NCBI GenBank assembly: GCA_001275005.1
Contig: JWZX01003271.1
Coordinates: 1-63,255 of the forward strand
DNA length: 63,255 bases
From: Chrysochromulina tobinii
Lineage: Eukaryota
Direction: 5' to 3'
Of this stretch, positions 30,197 through 42,312 are shown piece after piece. Every line of letters begins with the position of its first letter. Position 1 is the first letter of the stretch. Both the position numbers and the translations under genes were made by a program. The notes under the pieces are model-generated. The model did not search any database, had not been told where the DNA came from, and saw only the letters and a program-made list of their open reading frames with translations.

Positions 30197-30502
30197 AGCG
30201 ACAAAGTCGTCGAATGCTCACGCGATGCCCTTTTGATTGGCGCGAAGCTGTGTGTTCTACCCGTTCCGTTGCCCGAGCCCTGGCGACCCTGCCTGGAGCG
30301 CCACTTGAAACTGTCCAGGACTTCAACTGTGCTCGTGAAAGAGCGGACGGGATCGCCGAGCGCAGGCGGCAGGACGAACAGAAAATCGTCGCGTAACACT
30401 CGACCCATTTTTGGTGTTTTGACGCCGTGAAAGAAACAGTTTTTGTTCGGTTGGGGTTGCAAATGGATTCGGTTTCATGCATGCCAATAAACGAAAATGC
30501 CA

Positions 30503-33359
30503 CTAGAACCCCGAGGTTGCGGAGAGTGAGGCAGCGACGGCGCGGAGCGTGCCTGAGAGCGCATGCACCTCATCTTGCACAACCGCCTGCTCGTCATTCT
30601 GGAGCTGCAGCTGACGGAGCTCTGCCTCGAGCGCGTCCAGATGCGAGTCGTGCTCGCCGCCGCCGCCACCGCCGCCGCCCGGCGCGCGCGTGCGAAGCGT
30701 GGCTTGAAGCGAGGTGCCGGCGCCGTCATGGGCAGCTTCAGCCTCGTCCTCAGCAGCCTCGAGATCGCTATCGTCGGTTTCGTCATGCCCGGCCTCGTCC
30801 TCGTCGTCCTCAAAGTCGTCCTCGTAATACTCCGCCGCCGCCTCCTCCTCCTCTTCTTCCTCCGCCGCCCCTCCGCTGTAGCGCCCAGCGGCGGCATCGG
30901 CCGCCCCGCCGTCGTCGTCATCGTCGGGGCCCGTCCGGCCGCGCCGGCGGGGTGAGGCGCCGGGGGAGGGCAGGTCGGCGGCGCTGAAGACGTTGCCCTG
31001 GGCGCCGAGGAACCCAGGCATCACCGCGAGCCGCAGCGTCGCCGGCACCACCAGCCGTCCCCCGAGACCATCCTCGCCTTCATCATCCTCGTCAGTGCCA
31101 CCCGCACCGCCGCCGCCGTACGCGCCGTCGCCGTAGGTACCTTCGCCCCTGGACGGAGCATACCTGTATCCACCGACGGTTGCGGACGTCGTGCGGAGCG
31201 TCGCGTGATAGCCGCCCTCGAGGTATCCGCCACCACAGGACGGAGCTCCAGTCACGGCCTCGAGGTCGTCGTACCGCGCCGCCGCTGCCGTCGCCGCTGC
31301 CAGCAGCTCCGCCCTCTCCGCCTGCGCCTCCGCCTCATCATTGTGTGCGTCGTATCCATCCGCCTCGGCCTCCTCCTCGGCCGCCGCCAGCGCGTCCGCC
31401 TCGGCTCGTAATGCAGCCTCCGCCTCGGCCGCGTACGCCGCCTCCTCCTCCTCGTCGTATTCTCGCGCGCCCTCCTCGCGCCACGAGCGAGGCAGCGCAC
31501 CGTCCGCCATGTCCGCCCCGTCCGCCATGTCGGCGGTGTCCTCGGCGCCATACGCCGCGCCTTCCCAGCGCGCCGGCGTCTGATAAGGCGGGGGCTCCGA
31601 CCACGGCACCGCGCACGCGACCGCGGCCGCGGCCGCGGCGGCGGCGGCGGCTGCGGCCTCGAGCGCGGCGGCCACATGTACATGCGCGGGCGCGTTGGCA
31701 CCACTGAGGCTTCGGCTGAGCGCATCCCCGTCGGCGCCGGCAGCATACCGGCCGGCAGCCGGCATGGCGGCCGCCTCGTCCTCAGCATATCCAGCTTCCG
31801 CGTAATGCTGCTCGTCGTACGGCGGGTGGTGATACGAGGCGCCCAAGTCGTCGTGGTAGGGCAGCGCGTCGTCGTGGTACGGCGGCGCGTCGTCGTGGTA
31901 CGGTGGCGCGTCGCCATACTTGGGCGGCGCGTGCGTGAGCCGTTGGGTCTCGACGAGCTGCTTGGCGGCATGCAGTTGAGAGAGCGCGATCTGCAGACGC
32001 TCCTGCTCGCACTCGATGGCCGCCAACACCTCCGCCTTCCGGCGCTCCTCCTCTGCCCTCGCCCCCGCCGCGTCCGTCGCCGCGTCCGTCGCCGCGTCCG
32101 TCGCCGCTGCGTCGGAGGTGAGGCCCGGCGCTGCTGCTGCTGCTGCCGCTGGGAGGGCGCTGCCGGCCGCCCTTGCGAATCGATGAGCTCTCAGCCCCCG
32201 CCTCGGCCGCGGCGGAAGAATGGGCATGCTGCGACGGTGGGCGCTCGAGCTGCGGCGAGCGCGATCGCGGCGGCTCGAAGAGAGGCGGCTGCTGGGTGGC
32301 GGGCTGGGCGGGCTGCTGTGTGGCGGGCTGGGCAGGCTGCTGGGTGGCGGGCGGCTGCTGGGTGGCGGGCCGGGCAGGTTGGGCGGGCGGAGGCCGAGAC
32401 GAAGGGCGTCCAACCTCTCGGGACGGCGGCGCGGCCGTTGCGGTCGGGCGCGGCTGCGCGTGCGCCGCCGGCTGCGTGGGCGTCGGCTGCGCGCTCGGCG
32501 TCGCATGAAGGGGAGCGGTCGGGTCGATCTCTTTGACAAAGGCGAGCATGCGACGCTGCACGAGAGGTGTGCCGAGCAGCGACGGGAGTGACGCCCGCTG
32601 GTGCGGCGGCTTGCGGATCATGGTGCGGAAGATGGCATCGAGGCTGCGCACATCGCCGCCCACGGACGCCGGCCGCCGCGCGCCTATCGGCTCCGGCTCC
32701 GTGCGCAAGATGCGGTCGGCGAGCTGTGGGAAGTTTTTGGCGTCGAAGGGGTGTTCGAGCGTGGCGATCTCGTACACGATGATACCGAGGGCCCACACGT
32801 CGGCGGGCGGGCCGTACGGCTGCGACTGGAGCAGCTCGGGGGACAGGTAGTACGGCGTCCCCACGAACGTCTTCGCCAGCTCCGCTGTTGCCGAGAGCAC
32901 TCGCGCCACTCCGAGGTCGCCGAGCTTGACGATGTTCGCGCGCGTCAGGAAGACGTTGGCGGTCTTGAGGTCGCGGTGGAGGACGCGCTGGCTGTGCAGG
33001 TACTGCAGCGCGAGCGCCATCTGCACAAACCAGTCGAGCAGCTGCGCCTCGGGCACGTGCCGACCCTCCTTCTTGCACGTCGCCAGACGCTGCTCGAGGT
33101 CACCGCCATCGCAGTACTGCATGAAGATGAAGAGCTTGGAGCGCGTGCTGATCATATCGACGTAGGCGACCACGTTTGGGTGGTCGAGCCGCTTGAGCAG
33201 GTTGGCCTCCTGCAGCGCCGATCGACGCTCCTTTTCGTTGAGTGCGTTGAGCTGCAGCCGCTTCATCACGCACTGCTTGCCGGAGGCTTTCTGCCGGCAG
33301 AGGTAGACGGAGCCGTAGGTGCCCTGCCCGAGCTTCCGGATGGTCTCGTACTTTTCCAT
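30503..33359 (-). CDS. NIMA-related (NEK) Ser/Thr kinase with long low-complexity tail; +1 frameshift near 32180
   Basis: MEKYETIRKLGQGTYG, HRDLKTANVFL, KLGDLGVARVL, FVGTPYYLSPE; the tail continues in ORF 30503..32539. Confidence 0.88.
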
Positions 33360-33577
33360 CGCGCACCTGGGTGCGAAGGTGGCGGCGGCGGCGGCGGCGG
33401 CGGGCGGCGCGGCGTCAGAGTCCGGTGCGTTGGTCGCGACCCGAATCGATTTTCACATGTTTTCACAGCTCAGTCAGTTTCGTCGCGGTCCACCCGCGCT
33501 CACCAGACCACCGTCTCAAAGGGCGGCTCCGCACCCCTCGGTCACCACAAGCTCAGGACCCCCGGCGTTCACAAACG

Positions 33578-34600
33578 TCATCCATACTCCATCCGCACCG
33601 TGCGCTCCGTCGTGCCGAGCCCGGCCTGGCCTACGCGCTCGGCAGTGCTCCTCGAGCTCGCGTTCCCCTCGGCCGCGCGCTGCGTTTTGGCCTTGGCCGC
33701 CGCCCTCGTGGCCGCCGCCTTGGCCGCCGTCTTGGTCGCCGCCTCGGCCTCGTTGAGGCCCATGACGCCGAACGCGTACGCGGGGATCGCGTCATCGAGC
33801 ACGCGGGCCGCACCGCTGCGCCGTGCGTCTACGGGGTGGCCGCCCCCGCCCGAGCGCGGGCGGTACCCTTCGACCATCTGCTCCCACGGTTGCGAGGTCG
33901 CAAACGGTGCGGGCGGCGGCACACTCCGTCGCTCGAAGACGGTCCCGAGGGTCGCGGCGCTCGGGAAGGCGCGCACCTTGGTTGGGCTGGCGGAGGTGGC
34001 GGCGGACCAGGCGGCGGCGGACGCGGCCGAGCCGGCGGCGGCGGCGGATGAGGGATCGGCGGCTGGGGGTGGTGGCGGCGGCGGCGGCGGTGATGGACCT
34101 CCTCCAGCTGGCGGGAGCCGCACCGGACCTGCCGCGTCCTGCCTAGTGGCGGCGGCGGCGGCCTCACGCTCGGCACCCGCGGCAGTGGCGGGCGCGAGGG
34201 CTGCGGCCACGCCCTCGCGCAGGAAAAGCGACGTTGTCGAGAGCGACGTGGCGTATGCATGTGAGCGCCGTGCGCACTCGCGGCCGCAGAACGAGTGGAG
34301 CGACGAGATGTCGTAAACCCTGCGATCGTCGATCGAAACGTGAAACTTGGGGCCCTGGCCCTTCAGCGGTGCCGCGTTCGTGCACGGCGGGTAGCCGCAC
34401 AGCCCATCGATTGCGCGCTCGGCCACAATGTCCTCATAGTGCGAGGGCTGCAGCACCCGCGCAGCGGCCTCGAGCTGCTCCGCCGTGACGCCCGGCTCGA
34501 GCAGCTCCCACTGCATGTTGTATGCGGCCTTCTCGCAGTTGACCTTGGCGCGAATGGACGCCTCGAGCGCTGCGCGCTCGGTGCTCGGGACTGGAGGCAT
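33578..34600 (-). CDS. RPAP2: RPAP2/Rtr1 RNA polymerase II CTD phosphatase homolog
   Basis: PSHYEDIVAERAIDGLCGYPPC...VYD...FCGREC...S zinc motif. Confidence 0.85.
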   Translation of the reverse strand: MPPVPSTERAALEASIRAKVNCEKAAYNMQWELLEPGVTAEQLEAAARVLQPSHYEDIVAERAIDGLCGYPPCTNAAPLKGQGPKFHVSIDDRRVYDISSLHSFCGRECARRSHAYATSLSTTSLFLREGVAAALAPATAAGAEREAAAAATRQDAAGPVRLPPAGGGPSPPPPPPPPPAADPSSAAAAGSAASAAAWSAATSASPTKVRAFPSAATLGTVFERRSVPPPAPFATSQPWEQMVEGYRPRSGGGGHPVDARRSGAARVLDDAIPAYAFGVMGLNEAEAATKTAAKAAATRAAAKAKTQRAAEGNASSRSTAERVGQAGLGTTERTVRMEYG

Positions 34601-35000
34601 CGCTCTGGTCGCTGCTGCTGTGAAACCATTGGCTGTGAATCACACTACCAACTCTTCAAGCTCACCGTAGACACACACGTCCTGGGGAATCTCGTCCTGG
34701 ATCTCCCCCCCGCTCGCACCAACCACTGCCGGCTGCGTTTGCGCCGCAGGCTGCCGTGAGTGAGTGCCGGAGGTATCGTATTGACACAGACACACCGTGG
34801 AACAATACGGGGTTCGGGTCGAGATATCCCTTGAGGCACGTAGGGTATCCCATAGCAGCACACACGCAGCCTCTAGCTCGTGGCCATGTTTTGAATCCAC
34901 ACTCACTCACTCACAGGTACTCACTCACTCTCCTCACTCGCTCACTTACTCACAGGCTGCCGCCCGCCGCCCGCCCGCCGGCTGCGTGTGCGCCGCAGGC

Positions 35001-38000
35001 TCAAAGCTCTTCTTTGGCCTCAATCGGCTTGGCTTTGGCACCACCTTTGGTGGGAACGCATTCGGCGTTGATGGCCTTGTGCACAGCAACCTTGACCACG
35101 GAGCAGCGTGGTGCACACGGCAGCGAGGCCCACGCGATGTCCGAAAAGAGTTCGTCCATTGTCAGACCGCACAGAATGCTCACGTCTGCAAGCCGGTCCA
35201 CTCCAAGGGATTGCAGCAAGGGAAGATGCTGGGTCTCGCTCAACTCATGGGCTCTCAACCATCGTCTCAACGGATCTGCTGCCTCGAGAATGCGAATCGC
35301 ATCTGCATGGCCCATCCTTGCAGCGAAGTGCAGCGGCGTCGCCTTCTCGTCGGCCTGAGCTTCGACCGACGCGCCCGCCGCCACGAGCGCCTTGATCGCA
35401 TCTGCGTGCCCTTTTCCCGCAGCGACGTGCAGCGGCGTCCTCTTCGCGTCGTCCTGAGCTTCGACCGACGCGCCCGCCGCCACGAGCGCCTTGATCGCAT
35501 CTGCGTGGCCTCGTAACGCAGCCAAGTGCAGCGGCGTCCTCTTCCCGTCGGTCCGAGTTTCGACCGACGCGCCCGCCGCCACGAGCGCCTTGATCGCATC
35601 TGCGTGGCCTCGTAACGCAGCCAAGTGCAGCGGCGTCCTCTTTGTGTCGTCCTGAGCTTCGACCGACGCGCCCGCGGCCACGAGCGCCTTGATGGCATCT
35701 GCGTGGCCTTCTATCGCGGCGATGTGCAGCGGCGTCATCTTCTCGTCGTCCTGAGCTTCGACCGACATGCCCGTCGCCGCTAGCGCCTTGATCGCATCTA
35801 CGTGGCCTTTTCCCGCGGCAGAGTGCAGCGGCGTCCTCTTGTTGTCGTCCCGAGCTTCGACCGACGCGCCCGCCGCCACGAGCGCCTTGATCGCATCTGC
35901 GTGGCCTTCTATCGCGGCGATGTGAAGCGGCGTCCTCTTCTCGTCGTCCTGAGCTTCGACCCACGCGCCCTTCACCACAAGCACCTTGATAGCATCTGCG
36001 TGGCCTTGGGCCGCAGCCGAGTGCAGCGGCATCCATTTCGTGTGGTCCTGAGCTACGACCGACGCGCCCGCCGCCACGAGCGCCTTGATCGCATCTGCGT
36101 GGCCATTTCCCGCAGCCCAGTGCAGCGGCGTCATCTTCCCGTCAGTCCGAGCTTTGACTGACGCGCCCGCCGCCACGAGCACCTTGATCGCATCTGCGTG
36201 GCCATTTCCCGCAGCCCAGTGCATTGGCGTCGCCTTCTCGTCGTCCTGGGCTTCGACCGATGCGCCCGCCGCCACGAGCGCCTTGATTGCATCTCCTTGG
36301 CCATATATCGCAGCGAAGTGCAGCGGCGTCGCCTTCTCGTCGGCCTGAGCTTCGACCGACGCGCCCGCCGCCACGAGCACGTTGATCGCATCTGCGTGGC
36401 CATTTCCCGCAGCCGAGTGTAGCGGCGTCCTCTTCTCGTCGGCCAGAGCTTCGACTGACGCGCCCGCGGCCACGAGCGCCTTGATCGCATCTGCGTGGCC
36501 ATTCCCCGCCGCCGAGTGTAGCGGCGTCCTCTTCACGTCGTCCTGAGCTTCGACCGACGCGCCCGCCGCCACGAGCGCCTTGATAGCATCTGCGTGGCCA
36601 TTTTCCCGCAGCCGAGTGTAGCGGCGTCCTCTTCTCGTCGTCCAGAGCTTCGACTGACGCGCCCGCCGCCACGAGCTCCTTGATAGCATCTGCATGGCCA
36701 TTTCCCGCCGCCGAGTGCAGCGGCGTCGCCTTCTCGTCAGCCAGAGCTTCGATCGACGCGCCCGCCGCCACGAGCGCCTTGATCGAATCTGCGTGGCCTT
36801 GATTCGCAGCCCAGTGCAGCGGCGTCATCTTCGTGTCGGTGTGAGCTTCGACTGACGCGCCCGCCGCCACCAGCGCCTTGATCGCATCTGCGTGGCCTTC
36901 TGCCGCAGCGACGTGCAGCGGCGTCCTCTTCACGTCGTCCTGAGCTTCGACCGACGCGCCCGCCGCAACGAGCGCCTTGATAGCATCTTCGTGCCCTTGG
37001 GCCGCAGCCCAATGCAGCGGCGTCATTTTCTCGTTGGCCGGAGCTTCGACTGGCGCGCCCGCGGCCACGAGCGCCATGATAGCATCTTCGCGGCCTTCTA
37101 CCGCAGCAATGTGCAACGACGTCAATTTCTCGATGGCCGGAGCTTCAACTGACGCTCCCGCCTCCACAAGGGCCTTGATCGCCTTTGCGTGACCATTTCC
37201 CGCAGCCCAGTGCATTGGCGTCGCCTTCTCGTCGTCCTGGGCTTCGACCGATGCGCCCGCTGCCACGAGCGCCTTGATAGCATCTGAATGGCCTTCTGCC
37301 GCTGCAATGTGCAGCGGCGTCCTCTTCTCGTTGGCCTGAGCTTCGACCGATGCGCCCGCTGCCACTAGCGCCTTGATAGCATCTGCATGGCCTTCTGCCG
37401 CTGCAATGTGCAGCGGCGTCCTCTTCTCGTCGTCCTGAGCTTCGACCGACGCGCCCGCCGTCACGAGCGTCTTGATAGCATCTGCGTGGCCATTTCCCGC
37501 CGCCGAGTGCAGTGGCGTCCTCTTCTCGTCGTCCTGAGCTTCGACTGACGCGCCCGCCGCCACGAGCTCCTTGATCGCATCTGCATGGCCATTTCCCGCC
37601 GCCGAGTGCAGTGGCGTCCTCTTCACGTCGTCCTGAGCTTCGGCTGACGCGCCCGCAGCCACTAGCGCCTTGATAGCATCTGCATGGCCATTTCCCGAAG
37701 CCGAGAGTAGCGGCGTCCTCTTCACGTCGTCCTGAGCTTCGACTGACGCGCCCGCGGCCACGAGCGCCTTGATCGCATCTGCGCGGCCTTGTGCCGCAGC
37801 ACCGTGCAGCGGCGTCCTCTTCTTGTCGTCCTGGGCTTCGACCAACGCGCCCGCCGCCACTAGCGCTTTGATAGCATCTGCGTGGCCTTGTGCCCCAGCA
37901 ATGTGCAGCGGAGTCCTCTTCTTGTCGTCCTGGGCTTCGACTGACGCGCCCGCCGCCACGAGCGCCTTGATAGCATCTGCGTGGCCATTTCCCGCAGCCC

Positions 38001-38370
38001 AGTGCAGCGGCGTCATCTTCTCGTTGTCCTGGGTTTCAACCGCCGCGCCAGCCGCAGCGAGCGCCTTGATCGCATCTGCGTGGCCATCTGCCGCAGCGAT
38101 GTGCAGCGGCGTCGCCTTCAGCGGCGTCCTCTTCACGTCGGTCCGAGCTTCGACCGACGCGCCCGCCGCAACGAGCGCCTTGATCGCATCTGCGTGGCCT
38201 TGTGCCGCAGCGATGTGCAGCGGCGTCCTCTTCTCGTCGTCCTGGGCTTCGACCGACGCGCCTGCCGCCACGAGCTCATCGATTTTCGTGACATCATTAG
38301 CACGCGCAGCTCGATGCATGTCAGTGGAGGCCTGCGAGAATGCAAGTACAAGTACAAATGCCGCCATCAT
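35001..38370 (-). CDS. Signal-peptide-like N-terminus, ~30 near-identical ankyrin repeats and a C-terminal SAM-like domain; +1 frameshift at 36601-36604
   Basis: MMAAFVLVLAFSQA; 99-nt repeats TPLHxAAxxGHADAIKALVAAGASVEA; LRRWLRAHEL...LQSLGVDRLADV. An extra base in one GGAAAT unit splits the ORF. Confidence 0.85.
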
Positions 38371-38791
38371 CACTATGGAGTCGAACTCGACAAATCCACA
38401 CGGGGCTGCTGTGTGAACCAGTGAACGTACCGGTAACACGACAGACCACAGACGCGACAACCTGTGTGAATGTTAACACGCGTCGGGATCCTCTTAACAT
38501 TCAGGGCGGGTCTGGTTCCCAATAAGTTCCCCATCGGCTCGCGGGGGTCCTAATAGTTAAAAAGAGACGCTCGGGGTCAAACTTACCTATAACCCTAACC
38601 TCCCCGCTAACATCAAACATGTATCAGTTTCTTTCCGTTAAACATCCCTTACTCGCCTGTAGCATGTGCGACTTTTTCGACGGGAACGAAAGAGCCCGTC
38701 CGCGGTCTTTTCTCTTTATACATTTACTACCCCGGGACCACTTGCCTCCCTAAGATGACCATTGAAGATGACCAAATAAATGCGCGCCAGG

Positions 38792-40723
38792 TCACCTCAA
38801 CCCCAGCGTTCTTTCGTCCAGCTCTTGCAAGCCGCCTTTGGCCACGCCGGCAGGCCAGTCGACATTTGCAAAGCTCTCGAGGCTGAGCTCGCCTCCGCGC
38901 GCGTCCTCGGCCTCGAGGCGCCTCTCGAGCCACTCGCCGAGCCGTTCCTCGAGCTGTGCGACGCTCGCGCCCGCGCTCGGCACAGCGCTCACGCTCGGCA
39001 CAGCGCCCGCGCTCGGCACGGCGCCTGCCCTAGACGGCGCGCTCGACGACTTGCCGGCGGCACGGCCGCCGAGCGCTGTGCCGAGCGCCTGCGCCTGCTG
39101 GTGGGCGATCTGGCGGCGGAGCCAGCCGGCATAGCCCGGGAATCGCTCCGCAAACTTGGGCTTGGGTGCCATGAGGGCGCTGCTGACCGTGATGGTCTCC
39201 AAGCCGCCCGGCACAGCGCGCAGCACAAAGGGCAGGCGGCTGAGCACGCCCCAGCTGCTCATCAGCAGTCGAGGATTGGCAACGACGATGCGGGTCGCCT
39301 CCGCGGGATCGCCCAGCATCGCACCCAGGAAGGCGAGCCGAGGCCGTAGGGACCCTTCGACGTCACGCCGGAGCAGCGCTGGCTGCTTGCCGACCAGAGC
39401 GATCGTATCCACTTCGGGCAGCAGAGCGCTCAGCCGCTCAAGTCGGCGCTCGACCGTCGCCGTATCGAGGGCCGCGAGGCGCAGAAGACCAATCGTGCTC
39501 GGCCCGCGCGCGCTGCCGCCGCCTCTGTCGCCACGCGCCGCCGCCGCCGCCGCCGCCGCCGCTGTCACAGGCCGGCGCGGCCCAGTGACGGCGGTGCGAC
39601 CGGTAGGGTTTCGTCCGGGCTGCCGGCCGCCGAGGAGCTTCGAGGTGGCGAGGCGCCGCGCCGCGCTCGGCGGCGGAGGCGGCGGTCCGATCGCGCGCGG
39701 ATGGAAGAGTGCCCGGAGCGCCGTCAGCTTTGGCGGGAGTTTCGTCTCCACGTCATACCTGTGGAGAGGGGATGGCGCCGTGGTGAGCACGTGCATGCAA
39801 GCAGTTTTTGGCGGGAGTTTCGTCTCCACGTCGTACTCAAGCAGCTGTGGAACACTCTTGATGAGCCTTGGAATGTCGGCGCCTGGGAGGGCGTCGGCGA
39901 GCGCGGCGAGCTTGCGCGGCAGCATCGTCGCCACGTCATAGCTCAGCAGCCGCGGCGCCGCTACAAGCAGCTTAGTGGCATCAAGGTTAGGGAGCCATGT
40001 CTCGAAGACGCGCACCTTGGCAGCAAGGGTATGGCGCACATCGTACGTGAGCAGTGCGGGCTCGCGCTTCACCATCGCGGCGGCGTTGGCGGCGGAGCCA
40101 AACAGCTCAGCCAGCTCGTCCAGCTTGCGCACCACCGCCTCCGGCGCGTACGCGAGCAGCGACGGCGCACGCGACACGAGCTGCGATGAGGAGACTCCCG
40201 GTAGCAGCGCGCCGAGCGCCGCAAGGCGCTGCTCGAGGTCGGGCAGATGCAGGAGGGTGGGTGCGCGGCGCACGGTGCGTGCGACGTCAACGCCTTTCGG
40301 GAGCATCGCCTCCAGCTGGCGCACGCGCGGCTCCAGCATCGTTTGCAGGTCAAGCTCGAGCACTGCCGGCGCGCGCACCACAAGCGTGGGTATGTCGACG
40401 CCAGGCAGAAGCTCGCGCAGCGCGGCGAGCCGCGGCTCGAGGGTCCACTCCAAATCGCTGGCGAGGACCAGCGGCGCGCGCAGCATCAAGATGCGCGCCG
40501 CGTCCGAGCCGAGCGCTGCCTCGAGGATGGCAGCCCGCCGGTCTAGTGCTGGCGCATCCGCAAAGACGCTCTGGTCCTTCCAGGTCTGCGCGACGCGCCG
40601 CTGCACGAGCTCCATGCGATTGCTTCCCAGGGGCACCCCGAGGCGCGAGTACAGCGCCTCGAGGGGCGACACGGCTGCCGTAGCCGTCGCGAACAGCGCA
40701 GCCAGGAGCACGAGCGGGCCCAT
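38792..40723 (-). CDS. mTERF-repeat protein with signal peptide (probably plastid-targeted); 78-nt intron at 39759-39836
   Basis: Repeats such as LVSRAPSLLAY, MVKREPALLTYDV..L..KV, LVGKQPALLRRDVEGSLRPRLAFL. Confidence 0.8.
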   Translation of the reverse strand: MGPLVLLAALFATATAAVSPLEALYSRLGVPLGSNRMELVQRRVAQTWKDQSVFADAPALDRRAAILEAALGSDAARILMLRAPLVLASDLEWTLEPRLAALRELLPGVDIPTLVVRAPAVLELDLQTMLEPRVRQLEAMLPKGVDVARTVRRAPTLLHLPDLEQRLAALGALLPGVSSSQLVSRAPSLLAYAPEAVVRKLDELAELFGSAANAAAMVKREPALLTYDVRHTLAAKVRVFETWLPNLDATKLLVAAPRLLSYDVATMLPRKLAALADALPGADIPRLIKSVPQLLEYDVETKLPPKTACMHVLTTAPSPLHRYDVETKLPPKLTALRALFHPRAIGPPPPPPSAARRLATSKLLGGRQPGRNPTGRTAVTGPRRPVTAAAAAAAAARGDRGGGSARGPSTIGLLRLAALDTATVERRLERLSALLPEVDTIALVGKQPALLRRDVEGSLRPRLAFLGAMLGDPAEATRIVVANPRLLMSSWGVLSRLPFVLRAVPGGLETITVSSALMAPKPKFAERFPGYAGWLRRQIAHQQAQALGTALGGRAAGKSSSAPSRAGAVPSAGAVPSVSAVPSAGASVAQLEERLGEWLERRLEAEDARGGELSLESFANVDWPAGVAKGGLQELDERTLGLR

Positions 40724-40951
40724 TAACGCGACGATTTTCGGCAATGTGACGAAACATTTGCAGGGATCTCACAGAAGCTTGCATAGCCTTGGTGAGTGTC
40801 TTGAGGGGGCACTCCCTCTACATGAACTCGGGGAATTCTTTGCGGTTCAAACTCCGCTGTTTCGCGTGCATCTTGCAAGTTCAGCACTTGCGTCTCACTC
40901 GTGGGTTCAGTCCAGGGTCTCTTTGGTCGTGCTCGTGGACAGAGGCGGGGA

Positions 40952-41287
40952 ATGGACGACATCAGCGACAAGCTACGCTCGAAACGCGAGGAAGAGGCGA
41001 CCATTCGAGCGCGCGAGCTCAGGTTTCTAATCGAAATACACCACACGTGCTCTCAATGCGGCAAACGGAAGTCAGCCGGGACGTGCAGGCTGTGCCTTCC
41101 GAAGAGCAGGCTTGATCCTGGCATGGACGCGAGGAGGAAAGTGTCGCAAAAGGCCCGCCATTCGATTATGTGGCTAAATAGCAACGTTTCCCAAACTTAC
41201 AACCGGCCAGGTTTTGAGTTCGCACCTGGCTCGCACCCGTCTTTGAACGGCTCGTTTCGGAAAACGGTGCCGGCCAAATCGTTCTAG
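40952..41287 (+). CDS. Hypothetical 111-aa protein with a CxxC..CxxC motif
   Basis: ORF filling the intergenic space; CSQC..CRLC. Confidence 0.4.
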   Translation: MDDISDKLRSKREEEATIRARELRFLIEIHHTCSQCGKRKSAGTCRLCLPKSRLDPGMDARRKVSQKARHSIMWLNSNVSQTYNRPGFEFAPGSHPSLNGSFRKTVPAKSF

Positions 41288-41364
41288 ATGCACGCGATCT
41301 GTAAGCGTGTTAAAGAGCTCGGAGCTAAACTCTGTACGGTGCCGGCACAATCATGCGCCGACGG

Positions 41365-42312
41365 CTATTCACCGTCCTCGTCCCAACCATCCTCTGCACT
41401 CCACGCAGCTCGTTCATCCACCGATGAAGGAGTTCGACGCGGCGCGGCGCGCTTTTTCCGTTCGCGGCGCACGTGCCGCACGAGCGCCTCGGCGGCACGA
41501 GGCTGCTTGCTGGTCGTGCGCACGAGTGACGAGAACTGCAGCGTCGCGTCCCTCGCGTCCCTCGCGTCTTCCGCGACTGCCGCATCTGCGACTGCAGCAT
41601 CAGCGACTGCCGGCGCCTGTGTCACAGCTGCTGGCGCCGCCGATGTCGGCGTCGTCCATTTGGAAAGCTCCTCGACCCGGTAGGTTTCCCACGCGCCACC
41701 CCACACGCGACGCACGGCGGTCACGTCCCCCGTCTTCGCGAGCGCCTCCGCCAGGAAGAACGCCTGCTCAAAATCCGACAGGAACATCGGTGGCACGGCG
41801 TGTCCCACACGCGCCGTGAGCAGCAGCGCCTCGAGGTCCGGATTGGCCATGATGACCGGCCGATCACCTGCGCCGCACACGAGCTGCTGCACGGCTTCCA
41901 GGTGGCGCGTGCGAGTCGCGGGCGCTCGGTTACGCGGCCGCACGAGCACAAGCACGGAGTCATCTGGATGCATCACACCGTCGGCCAGCAACGAGAAGCG
42001 GCATTCGCGCGAAATGGGCAGCCGTGCCCACGCTTCGACAGCGAGCGGCGTGTCGAAGAAGAAGTGTACATTCTTCCGCGCGCACAGCGCCGTGGTGAGC
42101 CGCTCGCACAGAGCACCCAGCGGCAGTGGCTCGGGCTGCTCAATCGCGTCGCCAAACAGGTCCAAGCGCAGCCGCCGGCGGCCCGCATCGAGCGCGGAGA
42201 GCGTTGCCGCAGTAGCCTGCTCGCTCGCGGCCGCGACGCTCAGCGGGAGCGGCGCCGGCACGGTGCGTCCGGCGGCCGATAGAGCAAGATGGAGGAACGC
42301 CCAAGCCACCAT
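41365..42312 (-). CDS. DUF1995-domain protein with signal peptide (plastid-type)
   Basis: RRLRLDL, LVLVRP.N, AGDRPVIMANPDL, FLSDFEQAFFL, RRVWGGAW. Confidence 0.7.
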   Translation of the reverse strand: MVAWAFLHLALSAAGRTVPAPLPLSVAAASEQATAATLSALDAGRRRLRLDLFGDAIEQPEPLPLGALCERLTTALCARKNVHFFFDTPLAVEAWARLPISRECRFSLLADGVMHPDDSVLVLVRPRNRAPATRTRHLEAVQQLVCGAGDRPVIMANPDLEALLLTARVGHAVPPMFLSDFEQAFFLAEALAKTGDVTAVRRVWGGAWETYRVEELSKWTTPTSAAPAAVTQAPAVADAAVADAAVAEDARDARDATLQFSSLVRTTSKQPRAAEALVRHVRRERKKRAAPRRTPSSVDERAAWSAEDGWDEDGE

